Below are positions 54,908 to 64,000 of a stretch of 64,000 nt of DNA, piece after piece. Every line of letters begins with the position of its first letter. Positions within the stretch are counted from its first letter, which is position 1. The position numbers were made by a program, and so were the translations under genes. The notes under the pieces were generated by a model. It was not told the origin of the DNA, did not search any database, and saw only the letters and a program-made list of their open reading frames with translations. The stretch comes from the human T2T-CHM13v2.0 reference genome, Homo sapiens. The stretch lies in assembly GCF_009914755.1 (NCBI RefSeq), contig NC_060928.1, one strand, 5' to 3'.

Positions 54908-57900
54908 AGATCTGAAGATTCCCAGGAGAACGCAGACCATGCTTGCAGCTTTGGGACAATGATGACTTATAACAAAAAAGGGAAGAGGAAATTCTGAGGA
55001 AACTGGCCATCCAGAGAGGTTTGGTGTACTCAGTGCACTGGGGACATCAATTTGGGAGCAAATATTTAGGAAGGAAAAAAACCATTTTAAAAAATGGTTT
55101 ACCAGAAATTAACCAACAGCATTTTCCTAAATTCATTAAAGTTTCAACAGTAATGTCCATATTTCCAAGTCACAATGACATTCGATGTAATGGAAAAAAC
55201 ACATCTGGCATTAAAAAATATTAGTGTTAATGATATGAATTTATTCATATTCAAAATTTGGGGTTAAAAAACCAGGCTTACTTGCTTCCAGACTAACTCT
55301 TTGTGACTCCACTGTGACTTTATTTAGGCCCTGGATTAGTGAGACCATTCTAATTTCTCAAACCTTGACTAGGATTAAAATTTCCATGGTACAAAGAAAT
55401 GACTTGGTTAAAAGAGAAAAAACTTTCCTTCTTCTTATTTTGAATAGAGAATGCGTAGTGCACTGAAGACCTTCAGCGATGGTTGTGTGTTATCTGAAAG
55501 CTGATCCCAATGGACTTTGACAATGCACACTGGTGTCCACCATTCACTTTCAACTGGACACGTCTCTATCCTCAGGCTTGCTCTTCTGAGGAGGTGGAGA
55601 GAATCTTAAGTGAGAACTGTAAAGGAAAACTTCTAGGTAATAAATAGCTTCAGTAGAGAATAACATGAATGATTCTACTCAGGATCATCTCAAAGGCTGA
55701 AATGAGTCACTTTACATTTGAAGATATTACAACAACATCAGATGCACAGAGGATTCCTTTTCCTTTTTAACAATATCAAGTTGAGTCTCATGGCTCACTG
55801 GAGAAGCTGAATCACAAAAATGACATAGAAGCTCATGGCCAGTATCTTAAAGAGGCATACAAAATTGCTCATCCTGTTATTTTCTGAGAGAAAATATCTT
55901 ACTTCTTCAAAACATGCAGGTGGTGGAAGAGCGTATCTAAGGGAGCCAAATCAGATAGGAGCATTTCAGAAACCCACACGGAATCCATGTGGTACCAAAA
56001 GTTCTCAGGAGTTAGCAGCATCCACATGTCATTGCATTTTTTTACTCTCCTTGATAAATTTGATGTCATAAAGTGATAGTTTCAGTCTTAGTCCCTTCTG
56101 TTAAAAAGGAATCAATGATTAAAAGCCAAATTGTTTCTATTGTAAATAGTAGCATTTCTTGCAACTCCTAGCCACCTTTACTGCCAAAAATAAAATATAC
56201 ATTGTAAGAGCTAAGAGGACTAATTCTTTTATATTGTTGCTTCTCTTAATAAGAAATCCTTTTGGTTTCAACTGTGTAACTGCAACATTGGTCCTCTCAC
56301 ATTTTCCTCAGTTGCTCAAGTTGCCAAGTGCATGGAATATCCTGTTTTTTCAATTAAACTTACCACTGCTTTTCATTTTATCCCCTCTGAGCTTCATAAG
56401 CTTCTTTGGGTACCATGCAATGGAGTTCAGAGGCCAGCTTAAAAAAATTAAAAAAAACCAACAATCTGCTTTGCAAAGCTGAGTAAATATGCATAAACAC
56501 GTTCACACTACCTGTATCTGAAAGAGTTAAGAGCTCCTGAACAGTACTTCAAGGTCAGCAGTTTGCTTTCATCCGTTTCCAGCACTTTGCATAGCTGGCA
56601 GCCCTCCATCCTTTGGAGAGTAGAGGGACAGCAGAGTGCACAAGACTTACAGTCTCAGCCAGAATTTCCATAATCACATCAACAGATGGAATAATAATCA
56701 CTGCTGAAGTTGCTGCACAATCTTTCTGATCCAAGGAAACTTCCTTCTGATTCAATTCAAAATTATTTCTGCTGGCAACTTAGACATAGGCATTCTTATT
56801 TTCTGGAAATGTTACAAGTTAAGGTGATTTTAAGGTAACTGAACAGTATAAGCCCTGCATTTGAATATAGTACTGTGGAGGGAGCCACATGTGTGCAGGG
56901 AGGTTGAGCAAAGGCTGGGCATTTCCGAGTGCTACATGGGACGTGACATTTCTTTGGTGACTTGCAGCAGTGACTGTGAGGTCTGCCACTCTGCGACATT
57001 ATGTCCTGGCCGCCTGGGCTCTATCTCCACGGTTGGGATTCTAGTCATGACTGCTTGAAGCTGTCCTTCCCCATTCTCTATATAGCAGGTTAATTCTATT
57101 CTTGATTATTCCATGGGGAAAAATCAGTTATATTGAAGAGAATTTTAGATCAACACAATTAGAATCATACTTTCTAGAATCTGGTATGTTAGGGTACTTA
57201 ATGTTGATTTCTAGACAACAGCTGTGACTCTACCTAAGCTCTGAATCTGCACCGTATGAAAGTGTGACAAAGTTAAGATACCCATAAATATGATGAACAA
57301 CACCTCTATTGTGTAGATTTTAAAGTTGTTTTGCGGTTTAAGGCTTTATTACATCAAGAATTATCTGAGGGTATCTCGAACTAGACATTGATTTCTCGAA
57401 TTAATTCTTCTAATTATTCATCAGTGGAGAATCGTTTACCAATATAATGTCCAGGTCACATATGTGGTCAATTTGAATAACCATGAGAGTATAATATAAA
57501 CATGGATCTGTCTTCACTTGAGAATTCATAAAAAGTGCCACAGTAATTATGTCTGTGTGACATAATCTACTAAAAAAATAATGAAAATGGTAGGAAAAAA
57601 ATACATTACTTCAGGAGAAAAACAAAATTTTAAAAAGAAATTGGCTTATTTTTGAGTGGCTTTCTCTCACTTCAACTTAGTTATTTCTTGTTTGATTTTT
57701 TTTCATTTTGTTCTTTTTTATTGCGATCTCCTATATGTTAAGCACTATTCCAGACACTAAGGATAATTTAAGAGTCTGTCTTTCTCTCCGGACATCCTAA
57801 GGTCGCTTAGAGTTTTCATCCCTTACATAGCTTCAGCCGAAATCTACAAGTCTCTGAAATCTATATTTTCAGTAGCAACTTCTCTTCCAAGCTTCAAACC

Positions 57901-57937
57901 AATATTACATACTTTGAAGGAGGTAGGGGAGGATGTC

Positions 57938-58070
57938 TAAAGTTACCAATAAAATGCATGATGCCCAATAATTTATCCTGCAAGAAATACTAAAACAGGT
58001 TCATTGCTTATCTGCCATTTAAATTTAACTAGGCTTCTTGTGTTTTAATTTGCTGATTTTGGAAACCCTG
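57938..58070. mobile_element. MER53-like hAT element, centrally deleted
   Basis: AATAAAATGCATGATGCCCA...TTATCTG...AAATTTAACTAGGC...TTTGGAAACCCT matches the two MER53 arms. Confidence 0.6.
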
Positions 58071-58699
58071 GGGATGGGGGTCAAGATACATTTTGTTCTT
58101 TTGTGTTTTCATCTCTGCATTTCCCATTCTCCTGATTCTGAGCAGTAATCAAGCTCTAAGAACTTCCTTATCTTATGGATTTGTACAGAGCAGAAAGCCT
58201 ACACTGTAACTTGATGAAAAGAGTGTGCTCCTTGTTTAAAGAGAGGAGGAGAGAAAAAAAAATTAAAAGGAGACTGACCTACAGGAAGGATTTCCCCTAG
58301 ATGAAGAGTGGTCAGAGATTGGCAGATTTTACATTTATCAGGGGCCAGGACATTGCTTGGAAACAGAGCAGGGCAATGGCAAGACTTTGAACAGGATGGT
58401 TTGGAGGAATGGTGCACCTAAGGAGGTAGTATCCATGCCACCAAGGTTCCCAGCCTCAGCATCAACTCACATGCTTGACCAATAATACAGAAGCAGTGAA
58501 AACATCAGACTTGAAGGTACTGCGTTCATTGCAACAAGGAATGATTCAGTGAAAACAAGTGTTGGCTGGTGAATTGCTGGGTTTTCATTAATGCTTTGGG
58601 ATCAAATAATATCACAGAACATTTGCACCAGGGAAACCTAGATTATAGACTGTGATTGAATTTCCTTCTATGCAAAGAAGTACGAGTCTTATAATGTAA

Positions 58700-59225
58700 T
58701 GCAAGTTGATTTAGAGGGAAAAATGAAGTGGGATATTTCTTCCATACTTCATCTGTGAAATCAAATTTAGAACCTTTTCTGTGGCAGACAATGATGGTTA
58801 CTTACTCAAAAACCTCCTTGTTCTCCAAATTTATCTTTGCTGTGTCCTTATCAGTGATAAGAAGGTATCCCGACCCAAGCCACTGGGACCTGGAAATTTT
58901 TCTTTTTCTAATTAAAGAAAAAAAAATTATGTGGAAAAGAAACTATCATTTTGCCTTTGGACTTGGTTGTTAGGGTATGCCCCCTGAATTTGTGACAATC
59001 ATCTTTTGATTATGAGGAAACAAGTATAAGAAAAAAAGACAATCTTCAGGAAGAGAAAATGGAGAGATGAACAGAATTCAAAGTTGTTATGATATCACTG
59101 AATTACTCATTAGTTAACTCTGCTACTTTCCTGCTTCAGAACTTTTTATGAGATAATAAATTTTTAAGACACATTTAGTGGGCTATTTCATAGTTTGCAT
59201 CTACAAGAATCCAAAATGATACATT
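58700..59225 (+). mobile_element. Old MLT1 (K-N-like) LTR
   Basis: CAATCATCTTTTGATTATGAGGAAAC...CAGAACTTTTTATGAGATAATAAATTTT...TTTCATAGTTTGCA. Confidence 0.5.
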
Positions 59226-59227
59226 GT

Positions 59228-59615
59228 TACCATCACAGATTGGGTTTCCAGAAGCAAATGCTGAGACACAGTTTAAGTGCATTGTGTTTACTAGGGACGA
59301 ACAGCTGCAGAAAGGATGGGGAAGAAGTACAACTGGGCAAAGGAAGAAGTGGAAGTGGCAGGGAGCTCTGTAGCAAGTGTTGCTTACTAGATGTTGTGCA
59401 ACAGGTCATGATGGCTAGAACTTTATACCCCTGCCATGCTCAGTCACTGGGGGCAGGCTGCTCTGGTAGAGATGTGACCTCAAGCAAAGGATTTATCTGA
59501 ATCTAAGGCAGATCTGATGGGCAAGATAGCAGGACACTGGCTTCTGACCACATGTTCTGCAGCTAAACAGCAAGCCCTTCCTTGAAGTCTGATCTGGGTA
59601 TCTTTGTGTTCACAT
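59228..59615 (-). mobile_element. LTR33-like ERVL LTR
   Basis: CACAGATTGGGTTTCCAGAAGCAAATGCTGAGAC...GGGGAAGAAGTACAACTGGGCAAAGGAAGAAGT. Confidence 0.6.
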
Positions 59616-59619
59616 CAGC

Positions 59620-59678
59620 TATATGCATACATGCGTATGTATTCACATACATAAATACATATATATACACACACACAC
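59620..59678. repeat. (TA/CA)n low-complexity tract
   Basis: Direct reading. Confidence 0.85.
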
Positions 59679-60539
59679 CTACCAAATGTATCGTTACTCT
59701 GACATTCAAATACCTCAGATTCAATGGGATCAAAATTAAAAGATGGTTCCACTCATGAAGATAATTTAGGATTGACCTCTCAAATCATCGTCATGTCTTT
59801 CCTCCTTGCCTTCACCCATCAATGACTATTACTAAGCCTAGTAATATCTTACTTCAGTCCTCATTTTTACTCATTCACATTGATGTTAGGGAAATCCAAG
59901 CCTCATTATGCTTCAAGTAAGGCTAAAGTCATTGAGTTTCCTAACCTTAAATTTGATTTCCTAAACACTATTATTAACTTGTGTTTCATATAGCAACAGT
60001 CTGGTTGTGCCGTTACTCCTCTTAAAAACCCTCTATAACCCTATTTTGTCTACTAAGTCGCAGCAACCTTTATTGGTTTTTCATCCAACAAAAACCTCAA
60101 GATCCTGCTTCTAACTTATTCATTTATTTTAAGACAATGAGTTGATTAGTAATTCTAATGGAAGTCATTCTATTTCTTGCCTTTCTGCCTTTCTTTCAGC
60201 CATGCCAGTCTGGAAATCTTTCTTTACTCTCATTTGTGCTTTCTAAAATTTTATCAAATAGAAGTATGACCCACTAAACCCACCAGTCAGTAAGCCACAC
60301 CAAGACATACTGGTTGAATGTTTGTCCTAACTTTAGTATATCACATAGTCTGCCTTTTATTATGTTTTCAAGGCTGATTTGCCCAGTAAGCACACTAAAT
60401 AGCTGCTTAAGGCACCAGAAAATCAGGACAGAGCAGATTGAGTTTGTATGTCACTATGATCTATATACTTGTTCTGCATGTAGGCCAGAAAGTGTCGTAG
60501 CACCAGCACAAACTGTTCCATCATGACTGTAAATCTGGG

Positions 60540-61590
60540 ACTCAATTGGCAACTTCTTTCTCACATTGATTTTAAATATATATCATGTGTTTCTCACTTT
60601 ATGCCCAGGGGTTCCTGTCGGAGGCAGGAGATGTTGTGGAAACTACTCAGTGTCCACACATGCATAACTTATGGGTCACACTTGAAACAATGTGAGACAG
60701 GATTATAACTTGTGCATGAACCTGACAAGATGGGCCTTCCCTTACCAAGGCTGAGCTAACCTTACTCCTGCTGAATGCTCAACCTGCTGGCAGCAGAGAC
60801 CAAGATTGAGCACTGTGGTTGCACTCCTCAGGGAGTCCAGTTAGCCATTTGGTAACAGATCAATTTTGTGTCTTTTCACTTTTAAAAGGGCAGTAATACA
60901 TTCTTATAGAAATTATTATATACAACTCCTGTGGGGTTGGGATACTAACTTCTGGAATGCACAATTATCTACCGAGCCACCTTACTTGAAAGAAAACTTT
61001 TGCCAATGCAAAATAAGTTACACCAAATTAGAGGTTGCAGCCACCATCTGGCCTTTTTTAAGGCAAAGACAGGAGTTACTATACTAGTGGGAGTAATCAA
61101 GCCCAATCACCATGAAGAAGCTAGGGTGGTTGCTACACATTGGACTTAGGGATGAGTATCTAGAATTCAAGGGATTAACTGTGTTGTCTCTTGGGACTCC
61201 TACATCAGTTGAAAACTATAAATGGGCAGTTGTAACAATAACAGCTTGACAAGGGCAAGACAACTATGGGCTGAGACCTCTTGGGGATGAAGATCTGGGT
61301 TTTCCCACTAGGCTGGCAGTCCACCAAGCAAGAATGTTAGCTGAGGATGAAAGAAATCTAAAGAGGGAGACAGTGGAGAAAGATGATGAGTATCACTTAC
61401 AGACCAGGAACCAACTGCAACAGTGGGTACCAGAGCTTGCTTTGCTGACCCTTTTAAAGGCTTTTTTTGAAGGTTGAAATGTTGATAAATTAGATTTGTA
61501 CATTACATCCCAGGGAGAAATGAGAGCATCTTTACCTTAGGAAAGACATGGATATATGTCATTAGAAGACATGAATGGATCTGAAAGGCA
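60540..61590 (+). pseudogene. ERVL-class (HERV16/ERV3-16-like) internal relic: integrase N-terminal region and dUTPase-like region
   Basis: 60732 onward GGCCTTCCCTTACCAAGGCTGAGCTA...GCTGAATGCTCAACCTGCTGGCAGCAGAGACCA gives GLP.TKAEL...AECSTCWQQRP (compare ERVL IN 'GLPLTKADL...AECPICQQQRP'). ~61070 GGAGTTACTATACTAGTGGGAGTAATC gives GVTILVGVI (compare 'GVTVLAGVIDPD'). Confidence 0.72.
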
Positions 61591-61599
61591 GTTTTTGTT

Positions 61600-61896
61600 T
61601 ATGTGACACCCAAATTCATGCACTTGCTTTGCTTTTGGGCCAGAGTGAGCATTAGCAGCTGTTTACATCAGTTCCATGGTCCTGCAGCCAGATTTCCACT
61701 TGCTGCCACCATCTTCACTACAGACCTATAGCCTGCCTTGCAGATTACTCCTAGTTACTCCTATTGTTCACATGAATTCTCCAACAGTTCCTACATCACA
61801 TCATGCCATGCACCTTTATCTCATATTCTGGCACTGCCCTGGTGCCACTGAGGTATGAGTTACCCCAAGGTTCACTTAGCATTTATGCACATGCAA
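61600..61896 (+). mobile_element. Probable 3' LTR of the ERVL relic (LTR16-like), truncated
   Basis: Begins TGTG just downstream of the internal region; no LTR 3' end is seen before the Alu stub. Confidence 0.4.
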
Positions 61897-61939
61897 CCCA
61901 AGTGCTGGGATTATCAGGCGTGAGCCACTGCGCCCGGCC
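61897..61939 (-). mobile_element. 43-bp Alu 5'-end stub
   Basis: The minus strand reads GGCCGGGCGCAGTGGCTCACGCCTGATAATCCCAGCACTTGGG and then stops abruptly. Confidence 0.88.
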
Positions 61940-61949
61940 AGTCCTTTGT

Positions 61950-62920
61950 TTCTTTAAAACATTTTTAATTGCAATGTTTTGTTTTTCAATGAGTGCCTTG
62001 TGGAGTTTTTGTGGCATTTTAAAATTTTGGAATATGAGTTTATTGTTACAGTAATGCATTGCTAATATCTTCTGGTGCGCAGCTTGTCTTTTACTCTCTT
62101 TAAGGCAACTTTTAGTGAACAGAAGCACTTGATATTAATGAAGTCCAATTTACCAATTATTTTAATTGTTAGGATTTTGTGTTCCATCTAAAGCATCTTT
62201 GCCAACTCTAAGGTGAAGAATATCATCTCCTAAATTTTCTTTTAGATGTCTTATTTATTGCATTTCGTTTGAGATAAAGCATTCATTTCAATTTTTTTAA
62301 TACACTGGAAGGTAGGGGAACAGAGAGCTTCTTGGATCATGTTATTCGATGTGTTACATCAGTTTGAGAAATTCTGAGTCAGAGTTTCTTTAAAAACTCA
62401 CTCTCTTCCATTTTCTCTCTCCAATTATACATGTTAGATTTTATCACATGCCGAATGTTTCCTACTTATACTGCTTCCTGTATTTTTAATGTATTTTTCT
62501 TCTCTATGGATCATTTTGAAGACTTTGCAAGGAGTTTCGCAAGAAACTGCCAAACCATCTTCCAAAGTAGCTGTACCATTTTGATTCCCACCAGCAGTGA
62601 ATGGGAGTTTCTGTTCCTCCACATTCTCCGCAATAGTGTTTTGGATTGGGCTATTCTAATAGGTGTGGAGTGGTAGCTCATTCTTGCTTTAATTTGCAAT
62701 TCCCTAGTGACATGTGATGTTGAACATCTTTTCATATGCTGATTTGTCATCTGTATATCTTCTTTGGTGGGGCGTCTGTTCAGGTCTTTACCATTTTTTT
62801 GCATTATTAATTTTCTTCTTGTTAAATTTTCAGAGTTCTTTGTATGTTTTGGACAAAAATCTTTTATTACATATCTTTTGCAAATATTTCCTCCCAGTCT
62901 ATGGCTTGCCATCATTTTCT
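61950..62920 (-). mobile_element. Old L1 fragments (antisense ORF2 3' region)
   Basis: ORF 62511-62915(-) KDLNRRPTKEDIQMTNQHMKRCSTS...ELQIK is the ORF2p C-terminus; AGAAACTGCCAAACCATCTTCCAAAGT. Confidence 0.8.
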
Positions 62921-62924
62921 TGGC

Positions 62925-63385
62925 ATTTTAATCATTTTTAAGCCTATAGTTCAGTTGCATTAAATCCATTCATATTATTGTGCCACCATCACACCAGAGC
63001 TTTTTCACTTTTCCAAACTGAAACTCTGTATTCATTCAAAAATAACTCTCCATTTCTTCCCACTGGCCCACGGCAACCACCATTCTATTTTCTGTCTTTA
63101 TAAATTTGGCTATTCTAAGTACCTCCTATAAGTGGAATCAGATATTTGCCCTATAGTGACTGGCTTATTTCACTTAGCATAGTATCTTCAAGGTATATTC
63201 ATGTTGTAGCATGTGTCAGAATTTCCCTCCTCTTTAAGGATAAATAATATTTCATTGCAAGTTTGTACCATATTTTTTATCTTTTTATCCACCTATGGAC
63301 ACTTGCATTGCTTCCATCTTTTGGCTGTTATGAATAATGCTTCTATGAACATAGGTGTATAAATATCTGTTCGAGTCCCTGTTCA
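62925..63385 (-). mobile_element. L1MB-type 3' fragment
   Basis: AAACTGAAACTCTGTA...GGCAACCACCATTCTATTTTCTGTCT...ATAAGTGGAATC...GACTGGCTTATTTCACTTAGCAT. Confidence 0.82.
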
Positions 63386-64000
63386 ATTAACTTTATAAAA
63401 TAATTTTTGATAAGTGACAACTATGTTATATTTTATTCTTTTTCCAAATTGTTCATTCTCAAGTTAAATTCACATTGTAACCATTTACATATTTAGGTTT
63501 TATTTCATTTCTCTATACTTGCCAATGTTTACCCTTACTATGTTATCATTATGAAAAATTTAAATGTTAACAAAAATAATGTAAAACTATTATATTTTGC
63601 AAAGGTGCTACATTGTAGTTCCCTTTGTGAACTACTTCATTTTGCTCTTACAGCAATTCCATTTGGAGTTTATAATTTTTACTTTATGTATCATCTTTCT
63701 TTAATTCTCTTGCTTAGAAGAAACAACTACTCATTGGTCAAATGATGAGCAACATATGTTGCAACAAATTTCAAAGCCATTCTTGCACCATTTTAAAAAT
63801 ATCCTGTGAAAAAGACAATATAATCAGAGAAAGGATGAAGAGGCCTGGATGACCAGTCTGATGTTAAAGGACAGCACAGGTAGTGAGGTGGGTCTGGATA
63901 GCCAGAATGTCATTTTCAGGAAGCATTGGATTCAGGCAAAGATCTAAAGAGTTAAACAGAGCAAGACCTCAGGGACGTGTTCCATCAGCAGAATGGCATG

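Noticed and set aside
56555-56755. 66-aa minus-strand ORF as a coding exon
   Set aside because: Non-ATG start, no recognisable domain and no convincing acceptor.

Overview
AT-rich, CpG-depleted primate (human-like) genomic DNA, dominated by interspersed repeats. I see no protein-coding gene, CpG island, structural RNA gene or CRISPR array. Many ORF-track entries fall inside L1, Alu, LTR or L2 relics and the rest look like chance ORFs. Main elements: an internally deleted L1MA-type LINE with an exact 11-bp TSD (155-3294); a two-LTR MLT1 (MaLR) provirus with a 5-bp TSD nested in an old L1 (12662-16034); a twin-primed L1MA fragment; a full-length but dead L1PB (23223-29702); a long fragmented L3/CR1 relic; a second MLT1A LTR-int-LTR unit; an ERVL-class pol/dUTPase relic; about ten Alu copies; and many L2, MIR and MER fragments. 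The most unusual structure is an ancient ~420-bp inverted duplication (37615-38037 vs 40231-40662). It contains a free Alu monomer, both copies of its TSD and ~220 bp of non-Alu flank. I found no convincing new biological system; the findings are structural or evolutionary oddities and candidate regulatory or non-coding exon signals. Subfamily names come from remembered consensus sequences and need RepeatMasker/Dfam confirmation. Boundaries without a stated TSD are approximate.
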